A DNA stretch of 51,818 nt, filler included, from Circinaria calcarea (Eukaryota), in assembly GCA_051942165.1 (NCBI GenBank). It is 2 parts of 2 records of this genome, joined end to end, with 100 filler letters (N's around TTAATTAATTAA, not from the genome) between each part and the next. Parts side by side here need not be neighbours in the genome. Positions count along the whole stretch, not along the records: positions 25,997 to 51,818 come from JAVECS010000089.1; 1 more part is not named here. One strand, given 5' to 3'. Each line of letters starts with the position of its first letter. The first letter of the stretch is position 1. Shown one piece after another: positions 26,418 through 39,302 of the stretch. A program made the translations under genes and the position numbers. The notes below the pieces were generated by a model. It searched no databases and was not told the DNA's origin. It was given only the letters and a program-made list of their open reading frames with translations.

Positions 26418-27612
26418 TTTCAATTTTGCAGAAGACGGGAAACTTTGTTGAAAGTTACTCTGAGCAAAGGAATGCTTAGAGAGACGCTAGACATCCACCG
26501 CTGCAGGTGCCTCGGTGACCTCATTTTTTGACCTTCACCACAGGGGAATTTTCACGCGGCCGCCGGATCTGTCTCCAGGTCTTTTTTGAAGCCACTGCCC
26601 ATGGCCTTGGCGCTCCCCAGTCATACCCAACATCCTTAGGCAGGTAGGTAGGTATTGGTCCTATGATTCGTCATGAGGCGGTGAACTGTCCGAGTACGTG
26701 AGTAGGGGTGCTTGCATCCACATGGATCATGATGGTCATGTATGTTACTGGGCTTGCTCGGGCATTCCTCGACCTGCCCTTTTGGATGGTAGGGCTTCGC
26801 TCCTACACAATATCGGAACCTCTATACGCCGTTGAGCTAGCTGCTAGCTGCTAGCTTCGGATATTCGGTAAAGCTAATTAAGCATTTCCGGATGAGATAA
26901 GAGAACGATCAGCATCATGGGTCAAGGTACTGTGGTAAATCGCGGACGAATAGCGTTTAGGGGAAAGCATATCCTCCGATATATCATACGCACCAATCAT
27001 GAGCCCCAAAGTATCTTACAATCAAATCAAGAGAAAGTTATATATCCGCAGGAAATCGCGGACGATCTTGACTCGGAGTTCGCCGGGGGATGGCGCGAAT
27101 TGATTCAACTGCTGTGACCGCAGGCATAATGGCGGTCGGCGCAGGTTCCGACCAACCCCGGTACAGTCAGCATAGGCTGTATGAATGGTTAGAAAAAGGC
27201 AATGTGATATGGAGGGTATTCTCCGGTGTACATTCGAGCTTTCTGTATGAATTCCATCCGTCGTTTGGGCCTTCTATGATTATTGCAAGAGGACCGCGCT
27301 AACGTCTATTATGCCTGCGACCATAGTACTCTGTATTCTACGCCATAACTATATGCCCAAGGCGCTCTCCCCCAGCTAATTAAGGTACCTGTATCATCTA
27401 CCAACCATCCCTTTGGCTTTCCGAGTGGAATCCAGAAGTGTTTCTTGTAGTCGTTTAAGCCTACAGATATTCATGAACTTGCTGCCATGTCAGAAAACGT
27501 ACTGTCTGTCCTGCCGTACTTTTTACTGCTGACAATAGTAAATCAACCTGACGATGCTATGACTATGTGAACATGCTGTCATACTATTTATCAAAACGTC
27601 ACATTGATTCTT

Positions 27613-29672
27613 TTACTTCTTCATAAGTGCCAAGGGTAACAGTTTCTGGAAGTCCGGCGTACCGTAGCCAGTTACCGGATCCCATCCTTCCGTCGCGTTC
27701 CAACTAGCAAATGGAACAAATGGTGCTGGTAACCCCGAATAAATGCTTCTTCCGGTGCATCCCCGGCTCCCACCATCAACAATATCAGTAAATCCGGCGT
27801 AGCCTCTTGAATATATCCACGGATTGAGAAAGCCAAGTGGCTTGCGGCCGCGAGAAAGACGAGCGCTGTTAAGGAGGGCAACGATACCAGCGAAAGCTGG
27901 AGCAGAAGCACTGGTACCGCCTACGGGTATGACTCGACCTCGGTCAACAACACTGAAATTGTAAGATTGAGCGGCGACATCTGGGAAACCTCGACCTGCT
28001 GGATTGTATAACCCCGTCCATCGATCACCTAAAATGCCAAGGTATCGGGTGACTGCGGCGTCCTGGTAGGCTGGCCTGGGGAACCTATCCGAAAATCCCC
28101 CCGAGGAGAAGGCAATTGCACGCTCTGGTTGTACGCGGTAAGTGCCACCAACAGAGGTGACGAAAGGACAAGCGGCCGGAAAGATAGGCAAGAAACGAGT
28201 CGTATTTTTGCCGTCGTTTGTCTGACAAGCACTGCCAACACCCGTATCACCACTTGAAAATATAACCGAGACACCACGAGCACCAAGTTGAGCGAACATG
28301 CTGCACGTACTGCAGGATATGGATGTCAGCAAATGAAAACACGATCTCTCGATTAATTACACGTACGCGTTGGTATATGGCTCTGGAACGCTCTGCTCGT
28401 CCTCGCCATATGAAGTAGTCAAAACTCTGGGTAGATCCTTGTTCGGGAGAGCGAGAAGGTAGTGCAGGAAATCTAGGTATGGCTCGTTTTGATTATCGGC
28501 CGCAGTAGGTTGATCAAGATCTGGTACAAGCTCCCCGCGCCCACCAGTGCTGTAGTACACGCTAGGGGTTTCGTACGACAATGAGAGGGCGTATTGTACA
28601 TCCACTGCTGGCATTAGCCAAGTCTTTTGGAACTTCGTGTAGATACTTGCAGTTAGCTTCGACGCTATCGTCCACCGCGGTTTGATTGCTGAGTCCCCCG
28701 TTGATAAGCGCGTAGGTGAAGTTGTTCAGTTCCGCATTTTGCTCTGGTGCGAACATTTGCAAAAATTGTGCTAGGTCGTTGTATCTCGCATACTGCTCAA
28801 GGTAACCACATATACCTATCCGGTTTCCTACATATTGTCAGCAAGAGAAGAATAGTGTAATTCTGAATTATGGATACATGCCATTCAAAGGATCGGCGCG
28901 GAAGTTTCCAATATTGTATAACTGGCGAAGGCATGTCGGAGTAATGGTCGAATTGCAGAATGTAGCATTAAAACCAGGGAGAATAGCTTGTTTATAGTAC
29001 ATCTCTTTGACATCATCTACGTCAACACCGTCTCCGCTTTCAAAGACGTTTGATCGTTCTGGGCGCATCTGGCCGAATCGAGTTGTGGGCTGGATCATCT
29101 GAATGTATTGACGGAGGGTCTCCGGGACAGAGTAGTGCAACGTGCGAATTCTGATTGCTCCATTGATAGAGCTCTTGTAGTAATAAAACCTAATAAAAAT
29201 CAGCATCCACCTGAACGCTCCGCTTGATGCAGTCATCGACTACTGACTTTGTGTCCAAGATGCGTTCAGCTTCTGCTGCGGGTAGGTAGAAGTTGACCCA
29301 GTCGCCATCATCTTCTAGATCCTTTGCCGGTATGCCCTCAGACTCGAGCCAGCCAATAATTGATTTGCTACCATCAATGCTAGGCCGCAACATGTCCTTG
29401 AGCTCTTCACGTGTCATGTGTTCCCCATACTTTGGGTGATCTGGGGTTGAGATATCCATAACATGCTGCTCGAATGCGTGTGCATTTTGCTGCTTGATGG
29501 CAATCCGGAATCGAAGACGTTTCGCAGCAGGGACGGCGTCTTGTTGGATCCACCCTCGGGGAATTGCTGGCAAACTCTCGAACACGGAGAGACCGGAACG
29601 TGGAGCTGCATGGACAGTAGCCAAGGGGGTAATGACTGACAGCAGTCCAACGAGGTAAGTGAGGGACCTCAT
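27613..29672 (-). CDS. Secreted tripeptidyl peptidase / sedolisin (peptidase S53), multi-intron
   Basis: Signal [22 protein letters not shown], pro-domain [24 protein letters not shown], catalytic EANLD (split by a GC-AG intron at 28605-28650), [11 protein letters not shown] oxyanion motif, GTSASAP nucleophile, [11 protein letters not shown]a-site motif. Confidence 0.93.
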
Positions 29673-31033
29673 TCTTAACTGCAAAATGTGGAACTATGCG
29701 ATTAGCCAGCCGGACTGTTGGAGAAAGAGGCCCAGAGCCATGAACGTACAGATACTTATGGTGTTAAAGGATCGAGTGATGATGCTCGATCGCTTTTTCC
29801 GTGACCGGCGCGCAGTTCTTCTCTTATTCTTGCCCTGCGTGAGGAGGACTTTCGCGCTTCATGCCGAGAGAGCTATGGGAACTCGCCAGAATATATATTC
29901 TGGAATGCCATGATCACGCCGGGGTCGTCTCGGATGCCCATTAGGGTATGCACAAGAAAGACACCAACACATGCCACCATCTAAACCTGATCCATGGGAC
30001 TTGACAGGAAGCTCGTTACCGGCATGGAGGCGAGCTTCCTATCGGGGCTCGCGAGGAGGAGATGGAGGATTGCATTCCCGACAGAGTCGAGACCACCTTC
30101 CCCACTTCAAGTCCCTCTACCCCGTACGCGAACGTAGATGCCATCATCATGCTTCATCCCCTTGGTGGTTTGGAGAGGGAGCTTCCAAGAAGGGATTGGT
30201 CAGATGCAGACCGAGTTGTGTGCATGTTCTCATTCCCTGCTTCCTGTGCTAAGATAGCGAAAAGGCGGCCGATGTGGTCGCTGGTCGATAAGGTTTGGCC
30301 GGGTCTAAGGTAGTAGTGCCGGAAGCGCCAAGACTCCAATCGCTAGGCTCGGACTACTTCAACTCAATCTCGATTTCTATCTTTTACCCTAAGGTAGTTC
30401 CCCTGTATAACTACAGTTAGCCTCCCTCGTCTTCAAAGCTCCCCGCTAATTCCCCATTTCACCCATTGCCACGGACCATCACCCTATCGTTCTCACGTCC
30501 GTCCCCCGTCTCGGGCCTCTCGCCTAAACAAAAGCTTCATCCCGAGCGCCACCACCCTTCGTAAACAGTTCCAACGCTGCTTGGCAGCGGGTTCTAATCA
30601 AGCGCTGGCAGCTAATGTAAGATGACTTATGCGCCGGGTCCTTTTGCTTGTGTGGGGAGCGAGGAAAGAATTGGCACAGTATAATGGCGAGAAAGGATCG
30701 TGCTACCATGATTCCACGCAGGTTGTATGAAGCGAGTAAATTTATTGGGGGTCCGCCGTGATTTAGTATTCACAGAATGGCACGTGATATATATATTAAG
30801 TAGGAGACTATACTCATTGGCAACTTGGATGAACCAGCCATAGGGCATGCTTCGCTGTTCTAGACTCACAAGTATTTGCTGTTCCACTTTCAGAGAAATA
30901 GCTGGAAATAAACTCTGTGACCCTTTGCAATCTCCAAATGCACGCCAACATGCCACAGAGAGTCCAAAAACCAGCCCTATTTCAACCCAGACCAACCAAT
31001 CCCCCGTTATATCCCTTCTACCCCTCCAACATC

Positions 31034-31396
31034 CTATCGCTGAATCCCACTGCCATCCAGCAGCCGGCCCAAACCTACCAACGGGCCATCGTAAAACTCA
31101 AACTCAAGCGGAATGATCCTGCCTCGAATTGCGCGCGCCTCCAATAGCCTCAGAAACCCATCGACTACCGGGTCCATCCGTCCCACTCGTTGGAGTGGCT
31201 GAACCCATTCCGGCCTCTGGGCGCAGACGGTCTCGTAGATGAGTTCAGTTGCTCGGGCGCTGAGACGTGCAGAGGGGAAGTTATCGTTGATGATTTCGGT
31301 TATTCGATGGTAGCAAAGACCGCTGTAGATGGCGAGGAGACTGATGCAGGCGATGACACAGGCGGTATGGGACATGCCGAGAATCACTTCTGGCAT
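31034..31396 (-). CDS. Small hypothetical protein (120 aa) with an N-terminal hydrophobic segment
   Basis: Intronless ORF with CAAAGATG start context, a C/A-rich leader typical of fungal 5' UTRs, and TATTTATA about 135 nt upstream; hydrophobic stretch TACVIACISLLAIYSGLCY. Confidence 0.5.
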   Translation of the reverse strand: MPEVILGMSHTACVIACISLLAIYSGLCYHRITEIINDNFPSARLSARATELIYETVCAQRPEWVQPLQRVGRMDPVVDGFLRLLEARAIRGRIIPLEFEFYDGPLVGLGRLLDGSGIQR

Positions 31397-32036
31397 CTTT
31401 GATGAAGGTCCGGGATGGATTTGTTGAGTGTGGTTTGGTAGATGATGAGATGTATATTTCTGATGAAGAGAATTGGCGTTGTACGATGGAAGATGTTGAG
31501 AATAAGACTGCAGCAGAATAGTGGGATCATATAAATAATCGCTTCCTCGTCGGTGACTCGGTTCTGGACTTCACAGTGTCGTTTACATAGACCGTAATCA
31601 TATGTCAATTTTGCCCATGTATGTTAACTCAAGCCCTACCTTTACTAATAATCCATTCCCAAGGTAATAGCAAGAGTCATAAAGCCAGGGACTGACTGCC
31701 TACTCCTTTTTCTCTTTCAAATCGCCAATAGTGGAACAGCTACACCGTCCAGATTAAATCGTCAGATCGTCCACTTATCACAAGTAAAATGGTCATCTAA
31801 ACAGTGATTTCCCATATCTTGTTCTTTGGCTCGGTCAAAGGACAGCCAAGACATTTGAGCTGGTTGAGTGGAGGACGTCATGGCTGTAAGTTGTTTGAGA
31901 AGCCTCTCGCAGCGGAAAGATTGCCAGTGGCTCAAGTTTGTATGCACTTGGTATCTACTCCTGTATATGGCTTTCCTTGGTTGCGTAAGGCTTCTTCCCG
32001 GCTACCACTATCACGATGGGTCTTTCCTCACTACCT

Positions 32037-33412
32037 TCAGCTAGCTGCTCTGGTACCTTTGCTTGCGTCTTCATCTGCAGCCAGGGCCTCTAGATCTCTG
32101 TCTGTTAGCCATAGACGAACACTTTGCATGATTTCATCGAGGCTATCGCCACCTTCCATAACGTTATCCAAGTGATGCAAAGTGATGCCACTTCGATGGT
32201 CTGTAACGCGTTGCTGGCCCCAGTTGTAGGTTCGAATCTTATCACCCCTGCCCATCTTTGCAATGCCAACCACGCTGACCCTCATCTGTGCCATTTCCGC
32301 TTCTCTTGCCTCACGTCTTGTCTGTGCGATCTTGGCACGTAGCAGTCGCCATGCCTTTTCCCGGTTCTTGGGTTGAGATCTGGAATCTTGCATTGATACC
32401 ACAGTGTTGGTGGGTAAGTGAGTAAGCCTGACTGCAGAATCAGTAGTATTGACATGCTGTCCTCCTGCACCCCTCGCCCGCATCACGTCGGTTCTGACTT
32501 CCTTGGGATCAATGTAGTAATCACTGGACGGATCATTGAAGCTATTTTCCCCAAGCTCATCGCTTCCTGTGCTCGGAAAGCTAGGGAGTACCAAGACCGA
32601 TACAGCACTAGTATGCGTTCGCCCTTTGCTTTCTGTGGCGGGTACGCGTTGAACGCGATGGACGCCGGCTTCACATCTCAACAAGCCGTACGCGCCTTCG
32701 CCTTCGATTTCCAGGACGGCTTCTTGTATTTGGTTTTCATTACCAACCACTTCAGAGTCCTCCAATTTCAATATACTAGCACATAGCCCGTGTCGTCGGC
32801 AAAAAGCCTGATACATACGAAATAGATCTCCCGCAAATATACCAGCTTCTGAGCCCCCTGCTCCGGGTCGCAGCTCTAACAGACATGGTAGATGCGCAAA
32901 CGGATGTACAGGTACCAAGCTTCTCGTTAACTGTTTGGACACTAACTGGAGATCCTCGGTAGTGCCACCGATTTCTTCTGCTGCAATGGTGCGCAACTCG
33001 GGATCCGTTGAAGGATCTCCAAGCAACTCCTGAAGTTCTGCTAAAGACTATTTCAACATCAGCTTGTTAACAGTCCTTTGAAACCTGCTATGACCGACCT
33101 TCGAAGCCGACTCCCACTTTTTAAGCGCCGATGCTGCCGCGTTCAGCTCTCCGACCTTCCGCGCAATTTTCGCATCGTATCCTTTGGCTAGCTGCCGCGA
33201 CAGCTCTTCATGTTCGCCGGCAATTGAGCGAGCTCTATCGAGGTAGACAGGGGAAATCGTAGTCGCGTTATTAGCTGAATCTCTAATGTTAGTGAGGAAT
33301 AGGGCTATCCAAAAGGAACACTACCATTGACAATGGAGCGTACTTGCAACCATGGTTTAAACCTCAATGACTTGACATGGCATCTGAAACATGCACGGCG
33401 GGCGATGATCAT
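32037..33412 (-). CDS. MRF1: Mitochondrial peptide chain release factor 1; 2 introns
   Basis: Arg-rich mitochondrial-type presequence MIIARRACFRC, LELRPGAGGSEA, EAGVHRVQRVPATE (PxT motif), GAGGQHVN (GGQ), RSQPKN, KIRTYN, RVTDHR. Confidence 0.93.
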
Positions 33413-33722
33413 GCTATGTCGACAACCCGCAGTTCCCTAGATCCCTTGAGTCGTACACAGAAAAGGTACAAAACGATGATTGAGGTTGTTATATTTAATT
33501 AGATCAGTTCTTGCCAATCAAATCTTCCCGCGGCCGCCCATGCGTTTTACTTTACTCGGTAAGCTTTGGTGCTACTCCATAGGGCGGAATCATGTGGGGT
33601 GGAGCTGATGCTTGTAGCGACGGAGGATATGGAGGATATGTATGAAGCAACGGGCCAGTTTGAAAAGTGGTGTAAAAGTAAATAGGAATAAATTTAAATA
33701 AAAAAATAAAATAAAACAAAAC

Positions 33723-33825
33723 AAAAACCACTCCCATATTACTGGGAGTCGAACTCAGAAACGGCAAAAGTGGAACTCATATCCGAAGAGACCTCGGATA
33801 CTTTAATCACTTTAGTGAAAGAGGC
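33723..33825 (-). ncRNA. tRNA-like structured element (Pol III-type ncRNA, tRNA pseudogene or SINE head)
   Basis: On the minus strand: D-arm-like ACT-AAAGTGATTAA-AGT, 5-bp stem/7-nt loop TCCGA-GGTCTCT-TCGGA, T-arm/B-box CTGAG-TTCGACT-CCCAG, 3' hairpin ACTCCCA...TGGGAGT, then a T-run. No acceptor stem. Confidence 0.35.
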
Positions 33826-34359
33826 TAGTATTCAATTGGATAAGGCACTTTCACCTTTCACCCCTACACCCAACTGCACCACTTAACCTCCCACTTGAAG
33901 AAATTACCTCTAATATTTTTATATCAAATAATGATTTATCCAATGACCCCCAGAGCTAAGTTACTCTATTTGTTCTACACCTTATAGGGCTGACGCCTAG
34001 AATACTCCGTGGCCCAATTGCCATGGAGCTGACTCGCAGCAAAAGATTCCCGTATGCAACCGGTATTTGCGTTCCCACCTATCGGGAGAAACGTCATGGG
34101 CTACGATAGAGGCAATCTCTTGGTGGGGGTGTTCCCTTGCGGGGCAGATGTAAAAGACCCTCGGCTACGACTATCGGATGATTCCTCGGGGGAAGAGTGC
34201 AAGAGATGCTTCGAAAGAAGTTCGACCCAGTCTACCTTACTACACCTTAATACAGCCGCATTGAAGGGTTTGTATGTTATATTCACGCTGCTTACCCATC
34301 CGTTGTTGCTATTCCGATCAATTTCCTCTGCTGAAAACAAGCCTTACTCATAGCTCAAC

Positions 34360-36229
34360 ATGCCTCTCAATGCTCAAGCCATCTATCCTGCATCCGATCC
34401 GGATTTCATATCATTTCCCAGTCGACGCAGTGTTGTTCACAGCACCAATGGCATGATAGCTTGTACACAGCCTTTAGCCGCCGAAGCTGGTCAGAGGATA
34501 CTCAGAGCAGGAGGGAATGCCGCAGATGCTGCCGTGGCCGTAGCAGCCGCGCTAAACATGACCGAACCGTCCTCAACAGGTATTGGTGGAGACATGTTCT
34601 GTCTGTTCTACAATTCCAAGACGAAGAAGGTCCATGCCTTGAATGGTTCTGGAAGAGCGGCTGCGAAGGTTAGCTTGGAAGGCATGAGGAAGGACCTGGG
34701 AATGAAACCTGGGGAGTCTGGGAGAATTCCCATGACCAGCGTCCACGCTGTTACCACCCCCGGCGCTCCAGCCGGTTGGGTGGACACGGTTGAAAAGTTT
34801 GGGAGTGGGAAGCTTTCCATGGAAGAAATCCTTATGCCTGCAATTCAGCTTGGAGAAGAAGGCTTTCCTGTCTCCGAGCTTTCCTCATACTTCGTGAGTC
34901 TGGTCCACTCAAGATCAACCTACACACTTGTCTCATAATCCACAGTGGCAGACTAGCGAGAAGTCAATTCGGAATGCATCTCCGAACTTTAGTGAAATGT
35001 TAAAGTCTGACAGCAAAGCTCAGGATGGCAAACGAGCGCCGTTGCCGGGAGAGATTATGAAAAATCCGACTCTCGCCAACACCTTTCGATTGCTAGCGAA
35101 ACACGGGAAAAAGGGTTACTATGAAGGACCGGTTGCTGAAGCCTTGATCAAGGTTGTACAAGATCTAGGTGGCCACCTAACTTTGGATGATCTAAAGAAT
35201 CACGCCCAATCTGGCAGTCAAGAGGTGGATGCCATCTCACTCAAGTTCAACGGTCAGAACATTGGGAAGATACAAGCTGAGCATGCCGAGGATCAACTAA
35301 ACTCTGGAGTGGAGGTTTGGGAACATCCTCCGAACGGACAAGGAATTGTGGCGCTTATGGCTCTCGGCATTCTAGAAGAGCTGGAGCGAACGGGAAAGCT
35401 AAGGAAATTTGACGAGAAAGAACACAATTGCGTCGAATACCTTCATGCCTTGATCGAGTCACTCCGAATATCATTCGCGGATGCTAATTGGTGGGTGACA
35501 GACCCCGACGTCGAAAAGGTCCCGACCAAGGAACTGATCTCACGAGACTATCTCGCAGAACGCGCGAAGCTATTCGATCCGAAGAAAGCGTCCAAGCACC
35601 CTCATCACGGCTCACCGGCCCACAACCACTGCGATACCGTGTATTTTGCAGCCACCGACAAGTTTGGGAACGGCATCTCGTTTATCAATAGCAACTATGG
35701 AGGATTTGGTACTTGCATTATTCCCAAGGGTTGTGGGTTCACCCTCCAAAACCGGGGTGCGAATTTCAAGCTCGAGGAAGGCCATCCAAACGTGCTCGCT
35801 CCCAACAAGCGACCGTACCATACCATCATCCCTGCGATGATCACGAATCCGGAGGACCAGAGCCTGCATACCGTGTATGGAGTGATGGGGGGTTTCATGC
35901 AGCCGCAAGGTCATGTGCAGGTGCTCTTGAACATGCTCACGTTCAAGTACAACCCCCAGTCTGCGCTTGACGCGCCTCGAATCTGCATCGGAGCCGGCAT
36001 GCCCGATCAGGGTAAGGTGCTGGACACGACGGTCTACCTGGAAGACGGCATCCCCGAAGAGGTGGCGCGGGAGCTCAAGGGAATGGGCCATGAGGTTGAA
36101 ATGCTGAAAGGTTACCAGAGGGGATTGTTCGGGCGCGGACAGGTTATCAGATGTCACATGGAAGATGGCAAACATGTATATAGCGCCGGCAGCGATCCAC
36201 GAGGGGACGGCGCTGCGATTCCCGCATGA
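34360..36229 (+). CDS. Gamma-glutamyltransferase-family Ntn hydrolase (YwrD/HpxW-like cytosolic type); intron 34894-34945
   Basis: GGNAADAAVAVAAAL, EPSSTGIGGDMF, NGSGR, PPNGQG, autoproteolytic DTVYF (Thr nucleophile), LQNRG, KRPYHTIIP, GVMGGFMQPQG, SDPRGDG; no N-terminal anchor. Confidence 0.93.
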
Positions 36230-36929
36230 GTGAATTCGTTTAGTTTCTTGTTTGATAATGTCCCAAGTTCGAGTCCTTGGAGATGGGAGGTAAGGCGTCG
36301 GGAGCGGGCCGAGGATCCCCTCACATCTACCAAGTACTATAGTAGATAATGGCCTTCTCCCCCTGCGGAGACCCAAGCGTCCAATGGCTGTGCATCGCTG
36401 ACGCCCCGGTGCCCCCCACCTTATCATTGTTACTATGTAGTAGAGTGTGGTTAGAAGACCGGACGCTGATTCGTCGCATCTTCGATCTGCTCCTGCCCCA
36501 CGAACTCTAATTCTTCCGAACCCCCCCCTCTCCCTCTCTTTCCTTTCTTTCAGCGGCCGCCTTTCAGACCGTCCCAAATTCGAATCTCACCCCCTCGCTC
36601 CAGGCTTAGTGTGTGACTCGCTTCCGGGCGGAGGACTGTCCATTGTTCAGCTCTCCCTTCGAACATATATAAAGGCAGGCCCTCTCCAGAGATCGTTCCG
36701 ATTCAAATACACTCGCTGCTAGAACACTTGGCCCTACGTCCTGTTGATCAGGAACCGGCCACCCTTCACCCCGCTTTGCGCTCACCGTCAATCGCTGTAC
36801 GACCTTGCTTCGCTGCAAGCTCCCGGAGACCTGCAAGAGCCGCCTGCTTCCAGTAGTGACTCGACCTGCTGCACTCGCCCGGAAGATTGACCGCTCTGAC
36901 ATCTTCAAAACCAGTCCCGGTTCGTCGTC

Positions 36930-38514
<1,585 letters not shown>

Positions 38515-39302
38515 ACATGGTGCCCATAGCCAAAAAGGGGGTTTCTGCGGGCCCAGGCGGAGACGTAGTCTCCACTTATTGGGCCATCTCTTTCTAAGGC
38601 GAGAGGGACTAACCTCCCAGGTCATCCTACCTTGCTTCGGTCAACGAATGGCTCCACATGTCGGTTCTTTAATTCTTCTTCTGTTGGATTGGATGAGTGA
38701 ATGCAACGGAAGGCAATCGGATTGGTAGGCCGACTAGGAAATCTGATTGATTGGGGGTTTCTTCAACTGCACCTCCTATTGTCAGACTGTCTAGTTAGTC
38801 GATGCGAATGTAAAGTAAAATGGCATAAGATGTTATTCTGGAGTGCCGTGGTCGATTAGTGTAGCTGGGCGAATGGTCGAGAATGGGAAAGGGGGAAGGG
38901 GGAGTGACTCTTATCGAGACCGACCAATGAATGAGGTGCGTGATTGTGGCCGTAGAGTATCCGATTATTACCCCGCGGCTGCCTTGACTTCCTCCTCCCG
39001 ACATCACACCTTCACCTCCCGCCGCCCTCGTAGGCGAATCCTCGCCCTCGCCCTCGTACTCGCCCTCGCCCTCATACTGTGCGAGCGTCGTGCTCGAGGC
39101 CCTTTCAGCGACCCACGGGCTCCGTGTGTGGGCGTGATCACCAACCCTTCAACACATCGCCGTGTTGCCCGCAGGGCTTCATGGTCCGTAAGCTCGGCTG
39201 AGCTGTTTCACCTCTCGGTTCGAACCAGGCTGCGGCATCCATCCTCGAAGACTCTCAGCACCCTTTGAACAGCCACCTCTGTACTCCCTCACGACGCTCA
39301 TC

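Noticed and set aside
30917..31402. Plus-strand ORFs 30917-31147 and 31190-31402
   Set aside because: They have non-ATG starts, and the promoter and start context favour the minus-strand ORF 31396-31034.
33723..33825. Functional tRNA gene
   Set aside because: There is no acceptor-stem pairing and the anticodon loop is non-canonical; kept only as a tRNA-like element.
35612..36577. 321-aa minus-strand ORF
   Set aside because: Antisense shadow of the codon-biased GGT gene; no recognisable motifs.
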